The position numbers and the translations under genes are program-made. DNA of 64,000 nucleotides from Hemiscyllium ocellatum (taxonomy: Eukaryota): contig NW_026867487.1 in the NCBI RefSeq assembly GCF_020745735.1, positions 4,295,239 to 4,359,238 of the forward strand. The letters run 5' to 3'. Below the pieces are notes generated by a model, which was given only the letters and a program-made list of their open reading frames with translations, was not told the DNA's origin and made no database searches. Positions 49,505 to 62,134 of this stretch are shown one piece after another. Numbering within the stretch: position 1 is the first letter of the stretch; each line of letters starts with the position of its first letter.

Positions 49505-49870
49505 AGTATTACACGACATTGTTGGGACCCTCCAACCCCATAGCATCAATGTGGATTTCACCAGTTTCCTCATTTCCTCTCCCTCAACCTATCTCAGTTC
49601 CAAATTTCAAGCTCGGCACTACCCTCATGACCTGTCCAACCCGTCCATCTTTCTTCCCACCAATCCACTCCACCCTCCCCACCTGCCTATTACCTTCACC
49701 CCACCTCCAGCTACTTATGCACACTTCCACCACCCCCCCTCCACTCCCCACCTCCCACACCCACCTCACTCCCATTTATCCCACCACCATATCGGCTCAC
49801 AGCCTCATTCCTGAAGAAAGCCCGTTGCCTGAAACGTCAATTTTTCCTGCTCCTTGGATTTTCAGCTTCC
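49505..49870 (+). mobile_element. Penelope-like element 3' fragment
   Basis: LGTLQP..INVDFTSF-like sequence and the same 3' end (cctgaagaa...gcctgaaacgtcaatt) as at 45930-46260. Confidence 0.7.
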
Positions 49871-52038
49871 TCGATTCTAATCTCCAGCCTCTGAAATCTT
49901 ACATTCACCTACGTTGTCAGACAGCTCAGCTCACCGACAGTAAAGTTCCCCTCATATTTCTGAACATCCATCGATGCAGACAATCGAGCACTAATGCAGT
50001 TTGCTGTAACAGCATTCCCATATTTAAAAATGTCGATGAAGATTATTGCGTCAGTTAGCCGACTCCTGACGGCACACTTCCAAGGGGTCTTTTACTGAAT
50101 GAATATTCACAACATATCTTTAGAACTGTGTCACTGTAACCAGCTCCTGTGATATCATATGTGCACAAGTAATAAATAAGGAAATATAGAAAGGAAATGA
50201 TCAAAATAAGGATGATGATCAATGTTATGTCGTTAAAGCTTATATTGCAAGACCAAGAAACATAGCTGAACAGACGATTGTCATAACCATGCTCGCAAGC
50301 AGTGATCGTATTACAACATACGAACCGACCATATAAAGGAGTTGCAGCAGAACAAATAATAAAATCCGAAATGTTTTTAGAGCGGATGGTGAAAGGAACA
50401 AGGGATCGAAGCTGAATTGCTTCATTTAAGAATCAATGATGTGTCATGTCCACACTCCATGCCAATTAGTTCACCTCTGACACTGTCACCCAATCGCCTT
50501 TCAGCTCCATTGTACTCCAATTCTAGAGACCAACGTGTTGGTTATGTTTAACCCTAATGGGAGCTGGAGGAGTCAACTTAGTCTGTCGAAATTTCCTCAT
50601 TGGAAAATGAAGTCCTGGTTGACTTGCCTCACTGTGCAAAGAATCCTCAAATAACTCCTGCCCTTTAGGACTCACTAATCTATCGACAATGTCTGAAATA
50701 TATTCAGTACAATGGCTGAAATATTTTCTGATGACAGAATTAAGCTTGAAATGAGCATTAATTTGAATTTTTTTTAATATAGAGTTACTCTAGGTCACTC
50801 ATGAGTACTATTAATGTTGTGGTACCAGTGTTGCCCTCTGTCATTAATTGTGCTGCTCACTGATCAGGAATAACCCACACAACAATTCTTTCAAAGAAAT
50901 GTACTGAAGTGTCAGTATGTGATCAGCTGTAATGAACAGACATCAATGGGTAGCAGCTGTCACCAAGAAAACTGGGGCATTTTTTCTACGAGGATTTTAC
51001 TCATTTCCAGCATTGAATTGCACAGTAAGAGATCATGCGGTCACTCTGCAGTAGCTCCGGTATGATTAATTGGTACAACCCATCTGCTGGCTGGAAAGCA
51101 TGAGCGCTTTAACCTGAGTGAAACCCGCCGTAATTTCAGCAGCACCGCTCGTGCGCATCCAGAATGCGACCTCAGACTCTGTGACTGGTCACTGAACATG
51201 CAACAACAAAACATCGGCGTGACCAGTGCACGTGCAGTTCAAAGTGACATCTTCTCCCTCTGGGTGTGTGAGCGAGGGCTCTCTCTGATTGACATGAACT
51301 GCATAGATCCGGTCAGCAACAAGAGCAGAGGAAATGGAAATCCAGAAATGAAATTTTCGGTCGATTCAAGTTGAAGATGGAAGTTCATGGGTTACCAAGA
51401 ACAATTGATCACAGAAAGCATCTCATTAGGACCATCAAATCTGTAATCGATGCGTGCAATAACCACAAGCATCATAACTATTTCATCGCTCATTCTACCT
51501 ACGAATCAGTCCATCCTTTTCTCCCTCCCAAGTTTTTTTTCTTGTCTTCTTTTAAATGCATCTTTGTTGCACTCTCCAAACAGTCCTGGTAGTTATGACG
51601 CCCTCGTTCTACTTGTTCACAGCTAAATAATGAATGGTGATGAACTGATTAAGCAAATTCAATATTGTTTTGTTACCATTGCTGGAATATGCGTCATGAT
51701 CATTCATTCACTTTGCTTGCATTACTTATTTGAATGCATAGCCATGATTGCACTTTCTTACCAATTAACTGACGAGTCGTGACTAAATTCAACTTCTTTT
51801 ATTGCTATGGTTGAAATCTGAGTCAGGATTAATCAGATAATTTGTCGGGATTACTTGCTTGAGAGCATAACTACGATGTTATATAATCCATAGCTAATTT
51901 GGTGAAATCACAGACACGATGACAGAGCTCCCACTTCTGGTGATGAGAGAAACATGACCTGTCTCTGAAAAGTTACTGAGCTTTCAAATAATTGAAAGAG
52001 GTTAGTGTCTATTTCCGAAAATTATTATTATTATGAAT

Positions 52039-52180
52039 NNNNNNNNNNNNNNNNNNNNNNNNNNNNNNNNNNNNNNNNNNNNNNNNNNNNNNNNNNNNNN
52101 NNNNNNNNNNNNNNNNNNNNNNNNNNNNNNNNNNNNNNNNNNNNNNNNNNNNNNNNNNNNNNNNNNNNNNNNNNNNNNNN
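52039..52180. other. Assembly gap (142 N)
   Basis: N run. Confidence 0.99.
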
Positions 52181-52599
52181 TTAATGCAGATGCACAATTG
52201 GTCGGAAAAATATTAACCAGTTTTGTTTTCCACCTTCTACTGTTTATTTATTTCCAATATCCCAAACGGATCCTTCCAACCAAAGTAGAAACGCAGTGGT
52301 CACCACAATTTCCACATGTTCACACAAATCAAGGTGATAGATGTGATCCTAGTTGTTATGTTCAATGTTTTTCATTCCAGTTGAAACTTACCCAAGCACA
52401 GTGGGTTGTGACTTCTGTGTCAATTATAACAGCTCACATGATTTCACTTCTGCGTTGAAAAGTGGAGCATCAGTCCCTGGAATCTGCAGATCGTTGATTT
52501 AGGAAAGCGTGTCAGAGATTCCAGGGTAGAGGACACAGTGGAATTAAGCAGAAATTTTCAGTTTCCATTGAACAGCAAGTTTGATTAACTGCGAACTGC

Positions 52600-53060
52600 A
52601 GTTTGGAAGGACTGCAGATGCTGGCAGTCAGAGTCCATAAGATATGCAAATGGGACGAGACAGCAGGCCAGATAGTTGTTGTGGTTCTGCTCGCCGAGCT
52701 GGAAGTTTTTGCTGCAAACGTTTCGTTCCCTGTCGAGAGAACATCATCAGTGCTGTAGGAGCCTCGTGTGAAGCGCTGTTTTGATGTTTCTTCCGGTATT
52801 TATAGTGGTTTGTTCTTGCCGCTTCCGGGTGTCAGTTTCAGCTGCAGTGATTTGTATGTGGGGTCCAGGTCGATGTGTCTGTTGATGGATGTTCTTGCCG
52901 TTTCCGGGTGTCAGTTTCAGCTGTAGTGGTTTGTATATGGTGTCCAGGTCAATGTGTCTGTTGATGGAGTTTGGGGATGAATGCCATGCTTCTAGGAATT
53001 CTCTGGCTGTTCTCTGTCTGTCTTGTCCTATGATAGTGGTGTTTTCCAGACCTAGCCATC
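52600..53060 (-). mobile_element. Penelope-like element GIY-YIG C-terminus and 3' end, with a ~78-bp internal tandem duplication (52813-52968)
   Basis: ORF 52747-53127 contains NTTIIGQDRQRTAREFLEAWHSSPNSINRHIDLDTIYKPL, a typical PLE endonuclease tail. Confidence 0.8.
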
Positions 53061-53499
53061 CCTCATTACATAGGCCTGCACAAAGGTGTTGTGGAGAGGA
53101 TACTGTTCTGAAAATAAATGCTTCCAATCCAGTTTAGGATGATAACACTGATGTTACTAAAAACATCAGTTATTGCAATGGCACGAGGTTGTAGATGACA
53201 CACCGGGAGAGACCATAATGACACAGGCTTAGATTATGATCACCACAAAACTAGCTGCAAAGGAGCAGAAGGGATAGATGCGATATAAATAATTCCAAAT
53301 ACCAACTGCAGTTCCCTATACTTCATTTTGGAAGTCCCTTCAACTGTTTCTTTCCCAAATATTCATTAACTGTTCTAAATCCATTGATAATTGATGGTAT
53401 CGAATAGTATATTATTCGTTTGGGAATACCTAATGCATTTCAATCAACCTCTCTTAACAATATACTCTCCAGTGTGCCGGTAGTCTACTTTCATACAAG

Positions 53500-53840
53500 C
53501 CCTACTTATAGAAACAGTCCATTCTGCCCGCTAAGTCCACACCTGAAAAACGCTTCCCATCCACTCATACCATGCAAATCTATCCCTGAAACCCTGTGTT
53601 TCCCATGGTTAATCCATCTCGGCGACACACTGCTGAGCACTATGGTCAATTTAGCTGGCCAATCTATTCCTAATCTGCACATCGTTGATATGTGTTTGGA
53701 AAACGTGAGCTCAGAGTAAGCCATGCAGGCACGAGGAGAATGTGCAAACTCCACACAGACAGTCGCCCAAGAATGGGTTTGAATCTGGGCCGGTGGTGCT
53801 GCCAAGTACCAGTGCTAAACATTTAGCCATCAAGCTGCCT
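53500..53840 (-). mobile_element. Old HE1-like SINE
   Basis: Contains gagaatgtgcaaactccacacagacagtcgcc, the reverse complement of the SINE core. Confidence 0.7.
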
Positions 53841-53859
53841 TGAAGGGACAGTTGTTCTG

Positions 53860-54480
53860 TGTCACTTCTCTTAGAGACTGGTGTTGTCACACTTTGCTAG
53901 AATGGCTGTTTCAGAAGCAGTGGGTAAATTACTGGGAATTTCTTGAGCGTTTCTTTATTGAATGAGACGAAGGAAATATGAGTGGCTGAAGTCAGGCTCG
54001 CGGAGACCTGCGATTTAAATTTTGCTTTCAGTTGGAATTTCGAGTTGGCTGTTGAAGCTGATTGATACAGTTCTCTCTCTCTGTCTCTCTCTCTCTCTCT
54101 TTATCTCTCTCTCTCTCTGTCTCTCTCTCTCTCTCTCTCTCAGAGAGAGCACGTGAGGAAAGTGTGTTCGGCTGTTTTGCCTTAGACTAGTTTGCATTTA
54201 TGGGATACTGCTGTACACGACCGGTTGATGATTACTGCTTAAATAATAAATTATTTTATTAAGTTTGTCCATAGAGTTAAAGGTATGCCAATTCTCCCTT
54301 TCCTGTTTTACTCTTGCTGTGTAGTTAGAATAAAGTATACTTTGCTTAAAGCCTAGTGGTGGAGATATTAAATTACATCTGGAACACAACGTCTTGCAGT
54401 TGCGTTTGTTTAAATAAAGTGTTAAGTGCTAGGCTATTTCCTTAAAATAATTTGAAGGTGTTTGGCACGGTCCACAGCGC
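53860..54480 (+). mobile_element. Possible degenerate solo LTR containing a (TC)n tract (54072-54140)
   Basis: AATAAA at ~54328 and a 3' end resembling shark LTR termini (aggctatttccttaaaataatttgaagg...ggtccacagc); recognised from memory only. Confidence 0.35.
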
Positions 54481-56894
54481 TAGTCACTGAGTCAATCCTC
54501 CACGCATTCAGTTTATTGTCAACTGGAGCATTTCTTGACCAACCCCTTATTTATCGATCCATCGACTAACAGTTTGTCCGGATCGTCTCATTTTCTGATA
54601 ACGTTTCAGTTTACAAAAACATTTACTCTTAGAATTGTCCAAATAGATCCACAGTTTTGGCACCGATACAAAGCCCAGGGATCAAAGTGAACATCCAGTT
54701 ATGTCCCTCCGTATAGCTCTGTTACGAACCATTTTATCAGCGCTGTTGTTTTGTGTTTTGCTGTTTGCCACATTAACAATACCAATGATTCCAATGAACC
54801 TTAATGTCTTCATTGTCCACACGTCTTCACCACGTTCTTTCTGATCTAACACATCGATCAAACATTTGTGCATCTGCCTTGATATTTCCTTATTTCAACT
54901 GGTATCAAATAGTCTGACCATATACACTGTACAAGCTGAGGAAACAAATGTGATTTGCACATTCGTAAATGCTAAGTAGGAATGAGCAAAACTTTGAATT
55001 GCTGGTAACAACCACATACCATTCAAAATTTAGAACTAGTATCAACAAATGTAAAATCCAAATGTAAAAGACCTATTATCGCAGAAAACAAAATATATGC
55101 GATTTGAAATATTGCACCTTCGTTGAATTTATTCAAACGTTTCCGTTATTAATTCTGAAGATCGCATTAACAACAAGGGCTGCGCAGTGGGATCCCGCTC
55201 TGCTGCAACAATTACATTCACATTAATGTCTCACTCTAGATTTCTATTATCACTACATGTATTTTATACTTTAACACAGCTATTCTAATAATAGTGCTAA
55301 ATAATTCATTTTGCAAAATAATTATAAAATCAGTGCTTGAAAATTCCATTTTACTACATTGTCATATGTCATGATGATAAGCATTACAAAACAAAAGAGT
55401 ATTTCAAAAAGTTATAATAAAGCTTAATAATCAGTAACATGACAAATTAAAACTCAAGATATTACAATACGTATTTCATCAACGTAAAAACATGCAGAAT
55501 GGTAAGTTTGTAACTTTTTTTCATATTCCATGATGAAAGTGCAAAGATTGCACTCTAATCCAGCAAATACTGCATAATGTGGCATTATCAATTTCATAAT
55601 ATTATAACACATGTAAACTTCATTATGCTCAGACACCTCTGATTATTCACAATATTCAGCCCATTCTGCAAGGGAAGATACAAAATATCTGAAGGTTAGA
55701 AAAGCTATATAATTTACTTGGGATCCATGACTTACCAGGCGCACCAATAGCAGGGAGAATCGGATAGCAAACAGCAAAGACTGGGCCATCGTTTGGGAAA
55801 AACAAGGAATTACTAATGCTATAGAATTTAACTTAGAGAACCTGTCAAATCCTCCTTTATTTACTCCGAGTCAGATCCCCCAGAAGTAGAAATGAGTATC
55901 TTCGATGCAGTTCACTGAACAAACAGATTAACTCATGGGTTTATGACATCTGTTTGCAACTTCAAGGATGGCAATGATTCCATTGTGGACTTGTTTCCAT
56001 TGGATAATTATTGCTACGTGAGAGGCCCAGCCTAAAGTGTATTCAAATATAAATGTTCCATTCAATCCACATTTAAGAAAACTGATAAACAATAAATATT
56101 TATCTCACCACATAGGATCTTGAGGGAAGATAGTGAACTATGCTCCCTCTGTTGTGTGCTCTTAGAAATGTTCATGTGGTTGTGGATGAGGGAATGAGAT
56201 CTTCTGATTGTATTCCTAGTCAGTCTGCAATTCCACTTTATGGGAGCCGGATGTTGTGATACTTTGGACCTCATATGCCAAGCAATAACGACAATTTGTA
56301 TTATTAACCCACGCCATTTCACTGTGCAATTACCAGGGTAAGCTTCAATCGAATTTTGTATCTGCCATTTGCCTGAGGAATGAGAATGAAAGTTACTGGA
56401 GTAGTTCAGGAGGAATTTGGGAAATACAGCGGCACAGATAGTTTTCTGGTGTTCGTTGCTTTCCTATATTCGTCCTGAACTCACAGACAGATACAAGCAA
56501 TAGACATGCAAGCATGAAGCCTAAAAACCAGCCACTGCGGAGAGTGCCAGAAATGACGCAAACCATCATAACCGACCGGCTCAGATAAATAATGAGTGGA
56601 GTAGAATAATAACCCTTCATCAGAAGTTGCTCTTGACGGTGTCACCCAGCAGGGTAATGAAATGTCTGCATACAAACCAACCAGCTCAGCCGGCAAAGCA
56701 ACAATCGCATCCACAACCCGAGCTACAAATCTTCGCAAAATGATATAATTCTTCAAGTAAAGTTGAACGTTTCGTCTTGAGTTCTGTCCTTGTCCCTTTA
56801 AGAAAGTTCTTCTTGAATCCCGCTGGAGCTACATTGTTTCTGTTTATTGTTGTGATGATGTCATCTAGTGCATTTTACCTGCAAGCTTGAGAGT

Positions 56895-57350
56895 GAGTTT
56901 TGTTCAGAATCTTGTCATCTTTGAATTATCGTCTGGCTCATGGCCCTTAAAAAACATGGTAGAGTCAGAGACGAGGGCCTTGTAGATCTTTAACTGGGCA
57001 ATCTTCACAGTTTTATTAAATGTCACAGAGAATAACTCATGAAAGTTACGATAAAAACCAGAAGAACTGTGGAACATGAAAAACTCAATAGTTCACAGTG
57101 ACGGATGCAATAATCGAACAAGTACTTGACAACAGGAAGGGTAGTTAGGTGAGAGCCAGAACATCAAGCGGAAGCTGAAGATGGCGCTGCAGCACACCTG
57201 GGTCTGAGTGAACTCACGGTTCCCTGTGAAAATTGAAATTGCACAGCGTTGCTGGGTTTCATTGGGAACTGATAGATGGTGAGAGTTCTGTGACCACCTT
57301 ACTCTCTCAGTAACACAGTATCTGAGGACGCACAAAGGATCATTTACCAT
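56895..57350 (-). pseudogene. Decayed V pseudogene (copy B)
   Basis: Leader relic 57350-57303 MVNDPLCVLRYCVTER|GTAAGG, 79-nt intron, exon 57223-56934. RSS relic: GACGATA / 23 nt / ACAAAACTC. Confidence 0.75.
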
Positions 57351-58458
57351 GTAAACCTTCCATGAAAAACGAGGGTATTGGATCATTGTGCTTGTGCCTG
57401 TTCTTTGAAGGGGGTATGTAATTAGTTTCAATCCTATCGTTCTTTTCATATTATTTCGCTTTTCAAGTTTAATCCCTGTCCGAATCTTTTTACATCATTC
57501 TGAAATTTAGCATTTAAAAACCGCTACCAACGTCCTCTCACATAGAGAATTATAAATTAGAAGACAGTAAAATTTCACAAAAAGCTTGTTGTTTTTTTTT
57601 TAATCAATCAATCCTGATCTCGTTCATCATATTATCAGACCTCTTGCTAATCAAGCCGATATGGCATGCTCTATTCTATCAAAACCCCTGGTAACTTTGA
57701 GAAGCTCAGTGAAAATATCCTTAACCTTACAATGATACTGGCAATCAAATCTTGTCTTCCGTGAAACCTGACATAACAGTCTCCTTTTATGCTCTCATAT
57801 TCTCATAATCTGCAAATCTCGGTTCCACACAATCATACTACTTCTTAGGCAGAAATCAAGGTCTATCACCCAATTTCAAGCATGCCCTCCTTGCATTCCC
57901 AGTCCCCAGTCCGTCACATTCACTCCCTTCCTTTGTCTGGCTTCACTGCTACAGCTATTACCTGCAGGCTGCGAATCAAACCAATGAGTCTGCTTTCGGT
58001 TTTGGGAACTTCAGCGCTTCTTTGTGAATTCGCCCTGCCCAATTCCAGCGGTTTCGTTCATGATCACACAGTGGAGAATAGCTGAATTCCCATCAGTGGG
58101 AAACTCTTATTTATCGTCTTCTCCTCCACATTCTCTGATTTGAACTGTCCTCCGATCGCTGTCTCATGTTTTGAGTTCTTCATCCGAAATCTGTTTCGTC
58201 CTTCAGCTTTTCTATCTTGATGCCTTTTATGGACGCCATAATACGTAATTAAGTATTTTTACATTGTAAAATTTCCGTATCCAGTGCCTTGGTATTGAAA
58301 AGATATTTGTCAAAGTTTATCTAATATTAAAGGGAAACACAGTGATGTTGGAATAGGAAGTTGTTGTGGTGAGAACCATCAATAACTGAAGTCACTAAGC
58401 TTCTCTCACAATATTACCGCTCTTAATCCATAATTTGACATAGAATGTGGTCACTATT

Positions 58459-58680
58459 TATCTTTTCCTTGTTATACTTCATATAAAACAATTCATTGAG
58501 CATCCGGTAACTCAGAGATTATGTGTTTGATTGGATATACATATTCTGATTTTTGATACTTTTTATATGCTTGTTCAGGAATGAGCGCCCAAGATTCAGT
58601 TTTCCAGGATCCACTTGAATAGACGGTTCAGGAAGGCCACACTACAACACTGAACTGTCATTACACAACAGCAGCATTAA
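58459..58680 (+). pseudogene. Truncated family-B V fragment (copy B)
   Basis: Paralogous to 41522-41750, with the same TAG in FR1. Confidence 0.78.
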
Positions 58681-58918
58681 TGCAAGAATATGACGTTAAT
58701 TTTAGAATTGACATTTCACCTTAAATCGAGAGAAGGATAAACCTGTCAAAAACACTAAGCAGAGCCCTTCTCATGGAAAAAGAAGACAGTTTGAACGAGA
58801 TGGAACACCTGAAAATGTGAGAATGAACAAGGGAATGAGAAAGTAACAAAAATAACAAAATATGCAATTGGAACGAATATTGTCTTTCATCGTCAACTGT
58901 TTCTGTTTCCCCTATAGT

Positions 58919-58946
58919 TGACGTCACATTTGAAAACACAACCAAT
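58919..58946 (+). promoter_or_regulatory. CRE palindrome plus CCAAT box (copy B family-B promoter; TATA degraded to TATAGGA)
   Basis: TGACGTCA 58919-58926; CCAAT 58942-58946. Confidence 0.5.
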
Positions 58947-59065
58947 CGCAGCAAAGAGAACCTCTATTCAATTTCCCAAGGAGTGAGGTCATCTTCCGAG
59001 TAAAGATTGAATATAAGAGTCAGCAGACCATTTATAGGATGTTGTTTACGGTCGAAGCAGATATC

Positions 59066-59506
59066 ATGCATTTACTGTATTTTTTATTGGTACTAATGGC
59101 CGTGGTGCCCGGTACGTCACAGTAAAATTTGAGATGGTGTGTTTAATTGGGTATACCTATACAGGTTTTTGAAATTTTTTTATATATTTGTTGCAGGAAC
59201 GGGAGGCCAAGATTCAGTTTCACAGGATCCATCTGAATGGACCGTTCAGGAAGGCCATACTACAATACTAAACTGTCGTTACACAGCAGCAGCGTTATTT
59301 GGGGAAACTCTCTTTTGGTACATCCAGTATCCTGGGGAAGCTCCGAGATATTTACTGCAGAGATAGGATAAGCAGCAAGGTGCCAGATCTATAGATTTCA
59401 CTGACCGGTTTTCTGCTAATTTGGACAAGGAGAAGAAAATAGTTCCTTTAAATATCTCCGATACTCAATTCTCCAACTCTGACGTCTACTACTGTGCACG
59501 GAGCTC
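59066..59506 (+). pseudogene. Family-B TCR V gene with one in-frame stop (leader 59066-59111; V exon 59197-59506)
   Basis: MHLLYFLLVLMAVVPG|TGGQDSVSQDP...LNCRY...LFWYIQYPGEAPRYLLQR* (TAG 59364-59366). The frame continues open to NSDVYYCARS. Confidence 0.92.
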
Positions 59507-59545
59507 CACATTGACACAGCGAAGAAGCCAGCGTGTGCATAAAAC
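59507..59545 (+). other. 23-bp-spacer RSS with degraded nonamer
   Basis: CACATTG / 23 nt / GCATAAAAC. Confidence 0.8.
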
Positions 59546-59861
59546 CGGCAAGACACCCTTACATCTCTTTCTGCATAACATCACTGAGCAGAATTATAAA
59601 TTGTTAGCATAATAAAAACAACATTTTATGATTGCCTTGCCCAACTGTTTCCTTTTTTCCATATTGATTCCAGTACATTCTGTTTAAATTCCTCTCTATA
59701 TTAGGTTAGTGTTTTTTACTTACAGTGAGCAGTTGTGTAAACGGCAGATTCTCGTCCTAAATTTGCAACAGGACTTATCACATCAGCGACGACTTATCAT
59801 TCCTCATTTCTCAAAACAGAGATTGATCCCAATAAAGAAGTTAAAATACTATTAAACATGT

Positions 59862-61080
59862 CAGATACCTTCCTGTACCTCTCCACCTCCACCTCCTGCG
59901 ACTAACTATACATGGATATTTACTACAAACCCACAGACTCCCACACTTACCTGGCGTACATCTCTTCCCACCCTACCTCCTGTTAGAACGCCATCTCTTG
60001 TTTCCAATTATTCAGCCTCCACTTCGTCTGCTCCCAGGAGAATCAATTCTACCATAGAACATTCCAGATGGCTGCCTTCTTCAAAGACCGCAATTTCTGC
60101 TCTGATGTAGTCGACGATGTCCTCTAGTGCATCTGCTTCACTTTCCACACCTCCACACTTGGACGCACCTCCAATCGCAACAAGAACATAACAGCCCTGT
60201 TCCTCACCTTCCACCCCACCAACCTCCTGGTACACTACATCATCCTCTGCCAAGTCTGCCAACTGCAAACAAATCCCAGCACTAAGGATATATTTTCCTG
60301 CTCACCCGCATGTGCGTCTTGGAGAGACCATTCCCTTGTCAGATCCACGCCTCACACCAGCCTAATCATACTCCCAGAACTGTCCCCTGCCACCAGAAGA
60401 GGTGCAAAACCTGAGTACACACCTTCCCACTCACATCTGCCCAAGATCCTTCAACATTCTACAGAAAATTATCTGTACTTCCACATAGGTCATCTACTAT
60501 ATCTGTTGCACACGCTATGGTCCCCTCTACATCAGGGAGACAAGCCACCATTACGTGGATTGTTTCAGATAACATCTCTTGGAAACCCGCACCAGCGAAC
60601 ACCATTATCCCTTGGCTGAAAACGTCAACTCCCCATCCCAATCTCCAAGGACATGCAGGTCCTGGGTCTCCTCCGCCGCCAAACTCTCATCACCAGATGC
60701 CTGGAGGTAGAATGCCTCACCGTCCACCATGGGACACTGCAACAACACAGGATCAATGCGGATTTCACCAGTTTCCCCATTTCCCCTCCCCAACTTTATC
60801 CCATTCCCAAGCATCTAAATTGGCACCACTCTGTAACCTGTCCATCTTCCATCCCACCTATCCGCTCTACCCTGTACTTCAACCGATCACTTTTACCACC
60901 ATCTTCATCTACCTATCACATTCCAAGCTACCTCTCCCCAAGACCGACACCCCAGCCATTTATCTCTCAGCACTCTACCCTCCCCCGGCCCACAACCCTC
61001 ATTCTTGATGAAGAGCTTATGCCCGAAATATCGATTATCCTGCTGCTTGGGTGCTGCCTGACCTGCTGCGTTTCCCTAGC
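59862..61080 (+). mobile_element. Penelope-like element, 5'-deleted (RT thumb region plus GIY-YIG plus 3' end)
   Basis: FL.LS.S...DIYYKPTDSH.YL.Y.SSHPTSC.NAI-like relic at 59865-60000. From ~60180 it is collinear with 45370-46290. Confidence 0.8.
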
Positions 61081-62134
61081 ACCACACTGGAGCTATATAT
61101 TAACAGACAATACAAAGTCTGGTTGAGAGACTTGGGATAAGGACTTTGGAGAGCTCCAGCCTGAAAGAAATCAGTTTTGCGTCCAGAAGGATCACGTTAT
61201 CCAAGTGGAAAATGAGGCATTTGTTATTTTTCTAAGTTGCACTGAGCTTCACTAGAGTGTTGCAACAAAACCTGAAACAAGGTATTGGATAGGGAAGAGC
61301 GTGGTGTGTTGAATGTTCAGGATCGTTTCATTGAGAAGAGAATATAAGCGTTCAGCATTGCAGCCACACAACCGACACTTTTTCCCCAGTGTAGATGAGA
61401 CGACATTGTGAGTAATGAATGCAGTAAACTAAATTGGATGAAGTGCAGGTAAAGCACTCCTTCACCTGGAAGATATGTTTTGGCCCTTGGATAATGAGGA
61501 GAGTGGAACTAAACGGGAAGATGTTGTATCTTCTCTGACTGGAACCGAAGTTTTTGTGAGTCTGTGAGTGCTATTGGGGTTGAAGGAAGAGTTGTGCAGT
61601 GTGTCCCAGGCGGACTGGTCCATACAGAAGGCTGACTAGGAGGAGAGAAATGTCGGTCTGGAAATCCCACGTAGTAAGTTTATCAGACCTCAACCCGTCT
61701 GCACTCTCACTCTGATCAGAGACAATGAATGAAAGTGGAAATTCTCAATCTAATTTCAAAATGAATTTCTTTTATTCACATCGTTGTTTCGATCATTTAA
61801 TGCCTGAGCTTTGCTTGAAATCACTCAGAGTTTAAATTGTTTCTGCATTCAGTTGGCCATCAAACTTCGCTTACGTCAATTAAAAGCAAACTTTCCACAT
61901 TTGGTCATCCTTTTCTGAGCAACAGAGTGAGCTTCTAATGTTTCTCTTTTCTAACATAAACAGGAACTTGTGGTTATCGACGTTATCAGAACGTCAGTTC
62001 AAGGTCGTCCTATCGCACGACTTGCAGGAAATGACAAAAAACTAAACGTAATCCAAGCTGACAGCGTTTTCTTCTTGGATGTTCTGCAGACTTTTGAGAC
62101 ACAAAATTTGACATCGAATTCCAAACCAGCAACG

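Noticed and set aside
59361-59366. TAC>TAG stop sits in a WRC (AID hotspot) context
   Set aside because: A single event in a very common trinucleotide; it cannot support germline AID activity.
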